DNA from: an uncultured Oscillospiraceae bacterium | Lineage (GTDB): Bacteria > Bacillota > Clostridia > Oscillospirales > Ruminococcaceae | DNA: 52,802 nucleotides | Assembly: GCA_964635385.1 (NCBI GenBank) | Contig: CAZWNI010000001.1 | Coordinates: 1 to 52,802, forward strand | Direction of reading: 5' to 3' | In this document: positions 20,910-30,011 of the stretch, piece by piece | Layout: every line of letters starts with the position of its first letter | How positions within the stretch are numbered: the stretch's first letter is position 1 | The notes under the pieces: generated by a model | Databases searched by the model: none | What the model was told of the DNA's origin: nothing | The model's input: the letters and a program-made list of their open reading frames with translations, nothing else | Position numbers and translations under genes: made by a program

Positions 20910-20923
20910 AGAATATACGTTCT
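20910..20923 (-). promoter_or_regulatory. Candidate LexA (Cheo-type) SOS box upstream of uvrB
   Basis: The minus strand reads AGAACGTATATTCT, i.e. GAAC-N4-ATTC against the Firmicute consensus GAAC-N4-GTTC (one core mismatch). It lies about 105 nt upstream of the uvrB ATG. Confidence 0.3.
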
Positions 20924-20959
20924 TGCTTTTTCCAGGCAGGTTTTGTGCAGAACGCAAAA

Positions 20960-21006
20960 GCCCTCTGAACCAAGCCGCTTCCCGCTTGCGCTCAGAGGGT
21001 TCTTTT
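20960..21006 (-). terminator. Intrinsic terminator after the cyclophilin-like lipoprotein gene
   Basis: CCCTCTGA / TCAGAGGG stem with a structured 23-nt loop and T-rich tracts on both sides. Confidence 0.5.
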
Positions 21007-21016
21007 TCCATGGAGT

Positions 21017-21541
21017 CTATTCGTCAAAGAGAAACTGCACCGTCACGCTGCCGCTTCCCAAAGCCTGCGCCAAACCGGCAGAGTCTTCCACCCGGCCCAG
21101 GGGAGTATAGCGGTAAGAGGTGGAAAAGGTTTCATAAAACAGTACCAGACAATCGGAACCATAGAGCATCAGATCACCCGCCTGGATCTGCTCCGGCTGG
21201 CAGGGATCGGCGGGAAGGCTTTGAGAGAGATAGCAGTATTTCTCATTGCCGTTTAGTTCGCTCATAGACAAGGTCAAGGGCAACTGTTTTCCAAAAGCCT
21301 CGGCTGCCGGGTTGTCATACAGTTCTGCGTAGAAAGTCACGCCGTTTGCGATAATTTGCAGTTTCATGTTCTCTTCCTCCTGAGATTGAGATGCGGTGGA
21401 CGCATCGCCGGCGGTACTTTCTTCTTCGGAAACGGATTGAGAAAAAGCCTGGGATTCCTCCGCCGGCGAAGGGTCGGCACAGCCTGTGCAAAGCAACAGC
21501 AGCCCCGTCAGCAAAACTGCAATCCATCGCTTCATGGTCAC
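21017..21541 (-). CDS. Cyclophilin-like-fold lipoprotein
   Basis: Lipobox LLLCTGC (the start may be the ATG at 21535). The C-terminal region VTFYAELYDNPAAEAFGKQLPLTLSMSELNGNEKY...GDLMLYGSDCLVLFY resembles the cyclophilin-like domain family. Confidence 0.6.
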   Translation of the reverse strand: MTMKRWIAVLLTGLLLLCTGCADPSPAEESQAFSQSVSEEESTAGDASTASQSQEEENMKLQIIANGVTFYAELYDNPAAEAFGKQLPLTLSMSELNGNEKYCYLSQSLPADPCQPEQIQAGDLMLYGSDCLVLFYETFSTSYRYTPLGRVEDSAGLAQALGSGSVTVQFLFDE

Positions 21542-21571
21542 GACACCACCAGCTCCTTAAATTACTTTTTT

Positions 21572-22270
21572 CTACTCCGAAACAGTTTGAGAAACAGTTT
21601 CTTCCTCAGGAGCAGACGAGGTGCTTTCCTCTGGGACGCTTTCTTCCGACTGGGAAGGTTCTGAAGTGGATTCCGATGCAGACTCCTGGCTGGATTCTGG
21701 GACGGATTCCGGAGTGGATTCTGTTTCCGAAGTAACTGACGAAGTGGAAGCAGAAGCAGTGGACTGCGATGTTGAAGTGTTGGAAGAAGACACGGTGGTC
21801 ACCCCGGCGGAAACCTCAACTTCCACACTGGCGGACACGGCAGGATTGGCGGCGCTGGTGACCGTTACCACACAACTGCCTGCCCCAACACCGGTGATTC
21901 GTCCTATGCCGTCTACCTGGGCTACCGTACTGTCGGAAGAAACCCAGATCTCGCTTTTATCCGGCGCATCTTCCGGCGTCATCGTGACCAGCGGCATTTG
22001 GGTCTCCCCTACCGTCAGGCTGAGCTGGTAAACAGAAAGGGTGATTCCCTCTACCCCGCTCTGCTCCTGAGACGAAGCAGGGGAAACAGGCTGTGCCAAT
22101 TCAGAAACCTGGCTGGATTCCAGCACAGAACTGGAATCCAGCGAAGATGACAGAGACACCGTGGCGGCAGACTGGCTTTGCAGCACCAACCCCACTACAG
22201 TAAGGATAATCAGCACTACCCCACAGATGCCCACAATTAGATAAAAAATCATTCTCTCCTTAGGTAACAT
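21572..22270 (-). CDS. Membrane-anchored protein with a Big_2 (bacterial Ig-like) domain and an S/T/E-rich tail
   Basis: N-terminal TM segment. Big_2-like segment LSLTVGETQMPLVTMTPED...VSSDSTVAQVDGIGRITGVGAGSCVVTVT. Low-complexity acidic Ser/Thr tail. Confidence 0.7.
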   Translation of the reverse strand: MLPKERMIFYLIVGICGVVLIILTVVGLVLQSQSAATVSLSSSLDSSSVLESSQVSELAQPVSPASSQEQSGVEGITLSVYQLSLTVGETQMPLVTMTPEDAPDKSEIWVSSDSTVAQVDGIGRITGVGAGSCVVTVTSAANPAVSASVEVEVSAGVTTVSSSNTSTSQSTASASTSSVTSETESTPESVPESSQESASESTSEPSQSEESVPEESTSSAPEEETVSQTVSE

Positions 22271-22332
22271 ATCCGGATACCCCTCTTTTTTCTAATTCAG
22301 GAACGAAAATGTCCTGTTTGACTTCCCTCTTC

Positions 22333-22366
22333 AAAAAACCACGGCGAGCCAAAGAAACTCGCCGTG
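22333..22366 (-). terminator. Intrinsic terminator after the phosphoglucomutase gene
   Basis: CACGGCGAG / CTCGCCGTG stem with a 9-nt loop, followed on the minus strand by GTTTTTT. Confidence 0.7.
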
Positions 22367-22397
22367 ATTTTGCATCAAAAGAATCACTTGCCAGAGA

Positions 22398-24122
22398 TCA
22401 AAAACCCAATTTCTTGGAAAAATCAGCGGCCAACTCTTTCTGCTGAGCGGCTGCGTCCGCCTTATTGGAAGCGATGGTGGTGTAATATGCTTTGATCTTA
22501 GGTTCAGTGCCGGAAGGACGGATAATCACCTTGGCGCCGCCTTCCAGATGGTAGGCCAGCACCTTGGACTTGGGCAGATCAATCCTGGACACTTCCCCGG
22601 TGACCAAATTCTTGGACTCGTGGGTGATGTAGTTGTCAATCTGTTCTACCTTCAACCCAGCGATTTCAACCGGAGGATTGGCCTGGAGGTCGTTCATGAT
22701 CTCATTCATTCGCTTCATGCCGTCTTCCCCTTCGCAGACGAAGGACTGCTGGACATGGTGGTAGTAACCGTATTCATGATAGATGCTTTCCAAAAAGTCC
22801 AGCACCGTGACGCCCTTGCTCTTCAGGTAAGCGGCCATTTCACAGATCATCATGGAGCCAACCACGGCGTCCTTGTCCCGGGCATGGGTACCCACCAGGT
22901 AGCCGTAGCTCTCTTCAAAGCCGAAAATGAACCGTTCCGGATGGCCATCTTTTTCCAGGAAGTAGATCTGTTCGCCGATGTACTTAAAGCCGGTAAGCAC
23001 CTGACGGAACTCTACGCCGTACTTCTTCGCAATCTTGCCGGCAATCGCAGTGGAAACCACGGTGGAAACGGCTACCGGTTTTTCCGGCATAGTACCCCGT
23101 TCGATCCGGGCGTAACAGATGTATTCCATGAGCATAGCGCCCACTTCATTGCCGGTCACCAGCACATAGTTGCCGTCACGGTCGGGCACTGCGATGCCTA
23201 CCCGGTCACAGTCGGGGTCGGTGGCCAGCAGCAGGTCGGGCTGGACCTCTTTGCAGAGCTTCAAGCCCAGATCCAAGGCTTCCGCAATTTCCGGGTTGGG
23301 GAAGGGGCAGGTGGGGAAATTGCCGTCGGGCAGTTCCTGCTCCGGCACCACAATCACATCGTCAATGCCGATGCGATTCAAAATGGTGCGAACCGGGATA
23401 TTTCCAGTGCCGTTTAAGGGGGAATAAACCACCTTCAAACCGGCGTCCTTGCACAAATCACCATTGATGGACTGGCTGAGAACGGCCTGATAGAAGGCTT
23501 CCTCCACCTCTTTGGGCACAGTCTGGATCAAACCTTTGGCCACGCCTTCGTCAAAGTCCATGGTTTTGACGCCGGTGAAAATATCCACGCTCTGGATATT
23601 GGCCAGTACGGCGGCAGCGCCTTCATCGGTGATCTGGCAGCCGTCGTCCCCATACACCTTATAGCCGTTGTACTTGGCGGGGTTGTGGGAAGCGGTAACC
23701 ATGACGCCGGCCTGGCACTTCATGTACCGGGTGCCGAAAGAGGTGCAGGGCACCGGCATAAGCTGACCGTAGAGCATGGCGGTAACGCCATTGGCAGCCA
23801 GAACACGGGCGGTTTCTTTGGCGAAAAGGTCGCTCTTAATCCGGCTGTCATAGCCGATGCAGACTTTGGGGGAATCGTACTTGGCATTGAGGTAATCCGC
23901 CAAGCCCTGAGTCGCCTGCCGCACCACATAAATGTTCATTCGGTTGGTGCCGGCGCCCAGCACGCCCCGCAAGCCGGCCGTGCCGAAAGCCAGAGTTTGA
24001 TAGAAGCGGTCTTTGATGGCTGCTTCATCGCCGGCGATTCCTTCCAGCTCTTTGGCCAGATCCGGATCTTCCAGATCCTGACTGGTCCAGAGCTTGTACA
24101 GTTCCATTTCAGTCATTGTCAT
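22398..24122 (-). CDS. Phosphoglucomutase/phosphomannomutase (alpha-D-phosphohexomutase family)
   Basis: 574 aa. Active-site loop TASHNPAKYNGYKVY and metal-binding DPDCDR. Confidence 0.92.
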   Translation of the reverse strand: MTMTEMELYKLWTSQDLEDPDLAKELEGIAGDEAAIKDRFYQTLAFGTAGLRGVLGAGTNRMNIYVVRQATQGLADYLNAKYDSPKVCIGYDSRIKSDLFAKETARVLAANGVTAMLYGQLMPVPCTSFGTRYMKCQAGVMVTASHNPAKYNGYKVYGDDGCQITDEGAAAVLANIQSVDIFTGVKTMDFDEGVAKGLIQTVPKEVEEAFYQAVLSQSINGDLCKDAGLKVVYSPLNGTGNIPVRTILNRIGIDDVIVVPEQELPDGNFPTCPFPNPEIAEALDLGLKLCKEVQPDLLLATDPDCDRVGIAVPDRDGNYVLVTGNEVGAMLMEYICYARIERGTMPEKPVAVSTVVSTAIAGKIAKKYGVEFRQVLTGFKYIGEQIYFLEKDGHPERFIFGFEESYGYLVGTHARDKDAVVGSMMICEMAAYLKSKGVTVLDFLESIYHEYGYYHHVQQSFVCEGEDGMKRMNEIMNDLQANPPVEIAGLKVEQIDNYITHESKNLVTGEVSRIDLPKSKVLAYHLEGGAKVIIRPSGTEPKIKAYYTTIASNKADAAAQQKELAADFSKKLGF

Positions 24123-24270
24123 TCTCCATTCTCAAGCGACCGTTTATTCCAAGGCCTCCTCCGCCGCTTGAAAAAGGAGCCCTTTTCCTGTGCACGCCAG
24201 GGGGAAAACAAAAGCAGTCCGCCGCACAGAAAAGCGGAGGCTTTTGGGGTAAACAAAAATGCAAAGCTGA

Positions 24271-25464
24271 TTAGGAAACCACAATGCCTGCTAAATTCAT
24301 GCTGGAAAGCAATGTCTGCTGAGCCGCATAATCATCTTCGGAAATCACCAGGGTTACATTACCACCCGCCGCCTGGATCTGGCTCACCAGTTGGGTGAGA
24401 ATCCCGGTGGTATCCAGAGTTTCATAGCCTGCCACAGCATTGGCGCCGGTGAGAGAAGCAAAGTCCACCGTCAAGGCCATATCAGTGGAAAGCCCGGCAG
24501 AGGTTCCGCCGTAAGCTGTGGCGTCAATTCCCAGATAACTCAAAGCATCGGCAACCGGGATAGCCGTAGCCCCCACCGAAGCGATTCCAGCCTGGACTTC
24601 CTGGACAAACTGGGCCAAGATCTCAGTCTGGGTGGCGCCGGTGGTGTTGTGCTGATTCAGGACGGTAGAGGTATATACATTCCCGGTGGGGAACACCACG
24701 TCGTCCAACAGAATGGTCTGGAAGCCGGCGGCTGCGATCTCCTGGGCGATCTGCACCAGGTAGGTGCGGGCCACGTCGGTATAGGGGTCCAGGTAAGCGT
24801 AGGAGCTTTCCGCATTGGGCGTTCCCTGCCACAAGCGGGTGCCGCCGGAGGTAAAGGTGGCATCGCTGCCTATAGAGCCGTACCGGTCCACAAAGCAGCC
24901 CATCTGGGCAATGGGAGTCAGGCCGGAATCCTGAATGGCCTGACAGAGCTGAGCGGCATCTACCGCCCCGGACACCACGGCGCCGTTGCTGACCGCACGG
25001 GAAACGGAACTGTTATAGTACAGCGCACCCTGCCCGTCCTTCAGGGTAACGGTAACAGCGGTGTATCCCTGGGCCTTGGCGGAATCCAAAAAGGTCTGCC
25101 ACTGGGTGGAGTCCAGCAACACGGTTTGCGGCATGGTTACAGCGGTGTAACTGGTTTGCGTTACAGCGGTTTCATCGCTCGTCTCTTCTTCGGCTGCTTC
25201 AGCAGTTTCTTCAGCGGCTTCGGTGTCGTCTTCCAGCACGGAGGAGGTTTGGGAAGAAACGGCGTCCCCCGAACCGGAGGAATTGATGATGCTAAAAATC
25301 CAGCCGGTAGCCACATAAGCCACGACGATGATGCATAAAATAAACAGGACGAAGATTATTTTCTTTCCTGCACCGCCAGAAGAACGGCGGCGGGATTTGG
25401 AACGGTATACTTTTCTGCCATTGTGGGCCATGAAACGAATCCCCTTTGCAAATTCACTGTTCAT
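24271..25464 (-). CDS. Membrane-anchored putative glycoside-hydrolase-like (TIM-barrel, DUF4015-type) protein
   Basis: Start moved to the ATG at 25464 (GGAG RBS). The ORF-track GTG at 25509 overlaps a TATAAT box. One TM segment, an acidic linker, then GYTAVTVTLKDGQGALYYNS... and FQTILLDDVVFP. Family assignment is tentative. Confidence 0.5.
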   Translation of the reverse strand: MNSEFAKGIRFMAHNGRKVYRSKSRRRSSGGAGKKIIFVLFILCIIVVAYVATGWIFSIINSSGSGDAVSSQTSSVLEDDTEAAEETAEAAEEETSDETAVTQTSYTAVTMPQTVLLDSTQWQTFLDSAKAQGYTAVTVTLKDGQGALYYNSSVSRAVSNGAVVSGAVDAAQLCQAIQDSGLTPIAQMGCFVDRYGSIGSDATFTSGGTRLWQGTPNAESSYAYLDPYTDVARTYLVQIAQEIAAAGFQTILLDDVVFPTGNVYTSTVLNQHNTTGATQTEILAQFVQEVQAGIASVGATAIPVADALSYLGIDATAYGGTSAGLSTDMALTVDFASLTGANAVAGYETLDTTGILTQLVSQIQAAGGNVTLVISEDDYAAQQTLLSSMNLAGIVVS

Positions 25465-25500
25465 TGTTTTGCTCCGGTTGTCCGGAACTCTTACGTTTCT

Positions 25501-25528
25501 ATTATACACGATTTTCGTGAGAGTGCAA
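25501..25528 (-). promoter_or_regulatory. Putative promoter for the 24271-25464 gene
   Basis: The minus strand reads TTGCAC-16 nt-TATAAT. Confidence 0.4.
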
Positions 25529-25577
25529 GAGCGTTCCCGCCCAGTCTGCCGTCCTTTCCGAAAATTTTCGAAAGTAT

Positions 25578-26183
25578 CTACAGTGCCACGGTATGACCGA
25601 TCATGCCGTACACCGCAAGGCTCAGCACACCAATATAGATCAGCATCGCAGGAAATCCACGGAAAGATTTCGGGATAGCTTTACTGCGCAGCCGGGGAGC
25701 CGCTACCCGCAGCATCCACACCGCCAGGGTGTAGCCGATGCCGGAGCCCAAACCGAAGCCAATCACCCCGGCCAGATCCAAACCGTAGCTGGTGGACAGC
25801 AACACGCTGCCCAGCACCACGCTGTGTAAGGCGGAGCGGTGAATGCAAAGCCGCAAATCCTGCTTGCGGGGCTGCTTCACCTTAATGGTCGCCAGAATGG
25901 CGATGAGGTAAAACAGGCAGATGACAACACTATACGCCAAGGGGAACAGTTCATAGCTGTACATGCTTTGGTTCACCCAGGGGGTAATGAAGTAAGCGAC
26001 GATGCTGGACAGAAGAATGGTGACGGTAAGCACGGCGCCAAAGGGCAGCAGCAAGCGATGGTCCCGCATCAGCCAAACCGCCGTGGAACTGCCCATGGCC
26101 CGGCTCAGCAGGCTGTTTTCCAAAAAGATGGCCACCAGGCCGTAAACAAACATCTGTCCCAGAAAGGAGAAAATCAAGTCCAT
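25578..26183 (-). CDS. Divergent RnfA/NqrE-like membrane subunit
   Basis: 201 aa, about 6 TM segments. N-terminal FLENSLLSRAMGSS parallels the canonical NNFVLSRFLGICP but lacks the Cys. GGGGAGGAA RBS. Confidence 0.65.
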   Translation of the reverse strand: MDLIFSFLGQMFVYGLVAIFLENSLLSRAMGSSTAVWLMRDHRLLLPFGAVLTVTILLSSIVAYFITPWVNQSMYSYELFPLAYSVVICLFYLIAILATIKVKQPRKQDLRLCIHRSALHSVVLGSVLLSTSYGLDLAGVIGFGLGSGIGYTLAVWMLRVAAPRLRSKAIPKSFRGFPAMLIYIGVLSLAVYGMIGHTVAL

Positions 26184-26185
26184 GG

Positions 26186-26821
26186 TTATTCCTCCCCATT
26201 GCCGGGTTTATTCAAATGCTCACGATACCGGCGCACTGCCGCCGCCAAAAAGCCCAGCAGCACAAAGCCGCCAAAAGGCAGCTCCATCACCGAAAAGGTG
26301 AAAGGCAGGGTCACCGGGTTGCCCCAAACGGTGTTGAAGGTCAGCAGCTCCCGCACCAAACCGGTGAATAAGATCACCAGTTCAAACCCCAAAATATAGG
26401 TGATGAGCTTGAGCAGCATCTTTCCTTTTTTCTGGTGGAGCAGGCTTTCTTCGGTTTTGCCTACCAGCACCGAATTGGTCACCAGCAAGGGCAGGAAAAT
26501 ACCCACCTGCTGGATATTTCCGGGAAACAGATCCTGTACCCAAAGGGCAGTGGGTATGAATACCCCGCAGGCCAGCAGCACTGCGGCAATGGCACGAATG
26601 GTAAAGGGGGTGATCTTCTTGGGCAAAAAGGAGAGCAGCACCATGGACACAAAGGTGATCACGGCAAAGGCCAAGCCCAGCAGGCAGGCGTTTTTCAAAG
26701 TGGTGGCCGCCACCACAACCGGAGCGATGCACAGCCCCTGGACCAGAACGGTGTTCCTGGTAAAGATATTATCGTAATCCTGGAATCCCTGACGGTGATG
26801 TTGATACAAGGCTTTCAGCAT
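26186..26821 (-). CDS. Divergent RnfE/NqrD-like membrane subunit
   Basis: ATG at 26821 lies 8 nt after AAGGAGG. FTRNTVLVQGLCIAPVVVAATTL resembles the RnfE N-terminal motif. Polytopic. Confidence 0.65.
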   Translation of the reverse strand: MLKALYQHHRQGFQDYDNIFTRNTVLVQGLCIAPVVVAATTLKNACLLGLAFAVITFVSMVLLSFLPKKITPFTIRAIAAVLLACGVFIPTALWVQDLFPGNIQQVGIFLPLLVTNSVLVGKTEESLLHQKKGKMLLKLITYILGFELVILFTGLVRELLTFNTVWGNPVTLPFTFSVMELPFGGFVLLGFLAAAVRRYREHLNKPGNGEE

Positions 26822-27789
26822 GATTTTGCCTCCTTTTTCCGGCTGCGCCACTGGTAAATCTTCTGGGACAAGCGTCCTCCCAGCCGGTCAAATTCTTTGG
26901 ACAAGGGGCTGGCCAGAAGCAGCACAAAGCAAAGGTCGGTTTCCAGCGCCCCCGCATAGCGGAAGCACATCACCCCCAGGGCAACCCCGATCCCATAGAA
27001 CACCTGACCCCAGCCGTTATTGGGGCCGCTCACCGGATCTGAGGCCAAAAACAGGATACCGAACAACAGCACGCCGCTGCTCAGTTCGTAGATGATAGAG
27101 GGCAGCACGCCGGCCGACACCCGGGGAAACAGAACCGCCAGCAGCGCCACCGCCGCCACGGCGGAAACTGTGGTGCGCCAGGGAATGGTTTTCAGCAGAC
27201 AAAGGGTCACGCCGATTACCAGCAGTACAGCCATGCAGGTCACCCCCATGGCGCCGGAAAAGCTGCCCAAAAGCAGGTCGGTGTAGCTGACGCTGGGGGT
27301 TCCCCCTACCGTCAGCACCGAAGCGGGAGAGGTGGCATAGGTGATGGAGGCGGTGTCCAGCACCGGCTCCAGGCCCAGATCCTGCCCCAAGGCCGGGTAG
27401 GACAAGGCGGTATCCCCAAACGCCAGGCTCACCACGGCAACTCCCAGGGCGGCGGGGTTGAAGATGTTCCGCCCGGTACCCCCGAAGAGGTATTTGCCGA
27501 GGAGCAGGCCGGTCACAACCCCGCAGATCACCCCATACCAGCTAATGCTCGCCGGCAGCATCAGGGTGATCAGCAAAGCGGTGATATAGGAGGAGAGATC
27601 CCTCTTTTTTCGCTCCAGTCCAAACAGGGGACGGAAAATCAAATCGCAGAAAAAGGCGCAGGCCAAACCAATAACCAGCAGCAATGCCGCCCGCGGGCCA
27701 TAAAGGCAGATGGGAATGGGGCAAAGCAGCAGCAGCGCCGTCAGCAGACGGACGCACCGGCTTTGATACTGGGGTGTTAAACTGGGCAT
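26815..27789 (-). CDS. RnfD/NqrB-like membrane subunit
   Basis: ATG at 27789 (AAAGGA RBS). LGKYLFGGTGRNIFNPAALGVAVV is a typical RnfD/NqrB block. The region equivalent to the FMN-Thr motif reads YATSPAS. Confidence 0.7.
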   Translation of the reverse strand: MPSLTPQYQSRCVRLLTALLLLCPIPICLYGPRAALLLVIGLACAFFCDLIFRPLFGLERKKRDLSSYITALLITLMLPASISWYGVICGVVTGLLLGKYLFGGTGRNIFNPAALGVAVVSLAFGDTALSYPALGQDLGLEPVLDTASITYATSPASVLTVGGTPSVSYTDLLLGSFSGAMGVTCMAVLLVIGVTLCLLKTIPWRTTVSAVAAVALLAVLFPRVSAGVLPSIIYELSSGVLLFGILFLASDPVSGPNNGWGQVFYGIGVALGVMCFRYAGALETDLCFVLLLASPLSKEFDRLGGRLSQKIYQWRSRKKEAKSC

Positions 27790-27887
27790 AACAGAAATCC
27801 TTTCCCCCCGTCCCCAGGGCCGGACAAGCACCTTCCCGGAAAAGTTGGAATACACTGTCCTAAGCCAATGCAGAGGAGGAGACGAAC

Positions 27888-28454
27888 TTGAAGATCGAGG
27901 CCATTGACGAGGCCACCATCAAGGTGGTGCTCACCAATAAAGAAATGAACGCCTACCATTTGTCCTATGAAACCATGGACAGCAACGACACCGCAACCAA
28001 AAAGCTGCTGGTAGCTGTACTGGGACGGGTCAAAGGGAAAACCGACCTGGATCTGGAGAACAGCAGGCTGTTTGTAGAAGCCTACCCTCTCGGCGAAGGC
28101 GGGCTGATCTTATATGTAAACTTTATGAAAAACGCCGCCAAACCCATCCGCAGCAGCGGACTGAGCGTCCCCCTGATCTTTTCCTTTCCCAGCCTGGAAG
28201 CCCTTTGCGGCGCTTGCCTGCGGCTGCAAAAGCAGACTTCCCACCTTATCCTGCAAAGCAAGCTTTTCCGCACCCAAGAGGAGTACCAACTGATTGTCTG
28301 GAGCTACTGCCGGTTGGAGCAGCGGCTGCTTCGGATTGTGCGGGAATACGGCAGGCTGCGGGGAAAAGGCAGCATTGCCAGCGCCTGGATTCAGGAGCAC
28401 GGCAAGGTTTTGCTGGAACAGGATGCGGTGGCGGCGATGGCAGAGCTGGGATAA
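27888..28454 (+). CDS. mecA: MecA-like adaptor protein (ClpC adaptor family)
   Basis: TTG start after GAGGAGGA. The MKIEAIDEATIKVVLTNKEMNAYHL N-terminus matches the MecA N-domain pattern, with a C-terminal LFRTQEEYQLIV block. Confidence 0.6.
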   Translation: MKIEAIDEATIKVVLTNKEMNAYHLSYETMDSNDTATKKLLVAVLGRVKGKTDLDLENSRLFVEAYPLGEGGLILYVNFMKNAAKPIRSSGLSVPLIFSFPSLEALCGACLRLQKQTSHLILQSKLFRTQEEYQLIVWSYCRLEQRLLRIVREYGRLRGKGSIASAWIQEHGKVLLEQDAVAAMAELG

Positions 28455-28544
28455 ACTCACGGCTTTGCCCCGAATTTCAATCGAGTTATTTCGCTTTAAG
28501 CGCAGTGGGAGGGTGACGGCCAAGATCACCCTCTTAAATTTCTG

Positions 28545-29201
28545 TCATTGATATTCCTGATCCAGCAGCAGCAAGCGGTCAATGACCTCCGCCGGATTTT
28601 CCTGGTTAAAGATAAAGGAACCAGCCACCAGCACATTGGCGCCGGCGTCGATAGCCACCCGGGCAGTGACGTAATTGATGCCGCCGTCCACCTGAATATC
28701 CAGATCCGGGTTGATTTGATCCGCCAAACTCCGCAGCAAGCGAATCTTATCCATCATGCTGCTCATAAAAGTCTGGCCGCCAAAGCCAGGCTCCACGGTC
28801 ATGACCAGAATCTGATCCAAATCCTGGACAAAGGGCATCACCGCCGCCGCAGGAGTGGAGGGCTTAATGGCGATCCCCGCCCGGCACCCCATGCCTTTGA
28901 TCTGGGCCACAGTGGCCCCTGCGTTGCTTTCGCTTTCCAGGTGGAAGGTGATCTGATCCGCTCCAGCATCTACAAACCGTTTGGCATAATCCAGGGGGTG
29001 GGAGATCATCAGATGGACATCTAAAAAAGCGTCGGTGGCTTTGCGGGTGGCCTTCAGCACCGGAAAGCCGAAGCTGATATTGGGGACAAAATGGCCGTCC
29101 ATTACGTCAAAGTGCAAAGCCCCTGCGTTTTCCACTCGTTTGATCTCTTCCCCCAACCGGCAAAAGTCCGCCGACAGGATGGAAGGCATAATTTTTATCA
29201 T
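28545..29201 (-). CDS. rpe: Ribulose-phosphate 3-epimerase
   Basis: Internal ATG at 29201 (MIKIMPSILSADF). HFDVMDGHFVPN, VMTVEPGFGGQ. The upstream ORF extension is not protein-like. Confidence 0.93.
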   Translation of the reverse strand: MIKIMPSILSADFCRLGEEIKRVENAGALHFDVMDGHFVPNISFGFPVLKATRKATDAFLDVHLMISHPLDYAKRFVDAGADQITFHLESESNAGATVAQIKGMGCRAGIAIKPSTPAAAVMPFVQDLDQILVMTVEPGFGGQTFMSSMMDKIRLLRSLADQINPDLDIQVDGGINYVTARVAIDAGANVLVAGSFIFNQENPAEVIDRLLLLDQEYQ

Positions 29202-29266
29202 AATGCTTCCTCTTTTCCGCCATTTCCTGGCCGTCAACATCCTGGGTTTGCACCCTATCTTTGTAT

Positions 29267-29295
29267 ATTGTACTAAAAAAAGAGGAAAATTGCAA
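29267..29295 (-). promoter_or_regulatory. Putative rpe promoter
   Basis: The minus strand reads TTGCAA-17 nt-TACAAT. Confidence 0.45.
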
Positions 29296-29316
29296 GACAA
29301 ACTAGGAAAAATTATG

Positions 29317-29991
29317 TCAAAAATCAAAAGGAGCATCATTTTTGCCGAACGCAAAGGCATCGGTTCCTTCCCGGAAAGGGGCAAAAGACAACTCCTCCGG
29401 CAAATCGTTCAGATACATCTCCATGGCGTCGGTATTCCGGCGCAGACAGTCCACCACCTCCGGGTGAGGGTTCGGGAGCAGGAAGGGGTAATCCACCTCC
29501 TCTTTTTCCGGGTCCGGGCGGCAGGGGAGAATTTCCTTGACGTTGGAAAACTCCGCTTTCCGACCGGGTCGTTTCCCCCGGGCGTCCTGGCGGAGCCAAT
29601 CCCCTGGCGGGGTCAGGTACACCCCGTGTAAGGCGTGAATGCAGTACTTTCCCGGCACCGCCCCGAGCCGTAGCCGTTGGTAACAGAGACCGGTAGGTAT
29701 GCCGTGGCAACGAAGCAGCGCCGCCAGCAGCATGGACTTGGCAAAGCAGATTCCCTCCCCGGCCAACAGGGTTTCGGAAGCGGAAGCGGGGACGGCATGG
29801 CCCTTCACGTCCCAGGAATGGCCGATTTCGTCCCGGACGAAGTTGTAGCACTTCCGGGCGATCACAGCGGGATCGGTTTCCCCTTCTCCCAACTGTTTTG
29901 CCAGAGCCGCCACCTGGGGGTGGTCATAATCCACCAAGGGGGTGCAGGCCAGATAATCTTCCAAATTGGGGCTGGTTTGAATCAGTTTCAT
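29317..29991 (-). CDS. Transglutaminase-like cysteine-protease-fold protein
   Basis: 224 aa. Cys in GEGICFAKSMLLAALLRCHGIP, His in IHALHGVYL, Asp in WLRQDARG. Confidence 0.75.
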   Translation of the reverse strand: MKLIQTSPNLEDYLACTPLVDYDHPQVAALAKQLGEGETDPAVIARKCYNFVRDEIGHSWDVKGHAVPASASETLLAGEGICFAKSMLLAALLRCHGIPTGLCYQRLRLGAVPGKYCIHALHGVYLTPPGDWLRQDARGKRPGRKAEFSNVKEILPCRPDPEKEEVDYPFLLPNPHPEVVDCLRRNTDAMEMYLNDLPEELSFAPFREGTDAFAFGKNDAPFDF

Positions 29992-30011
29992 AAAACGTTT
30001 CCTTCCCCCTC

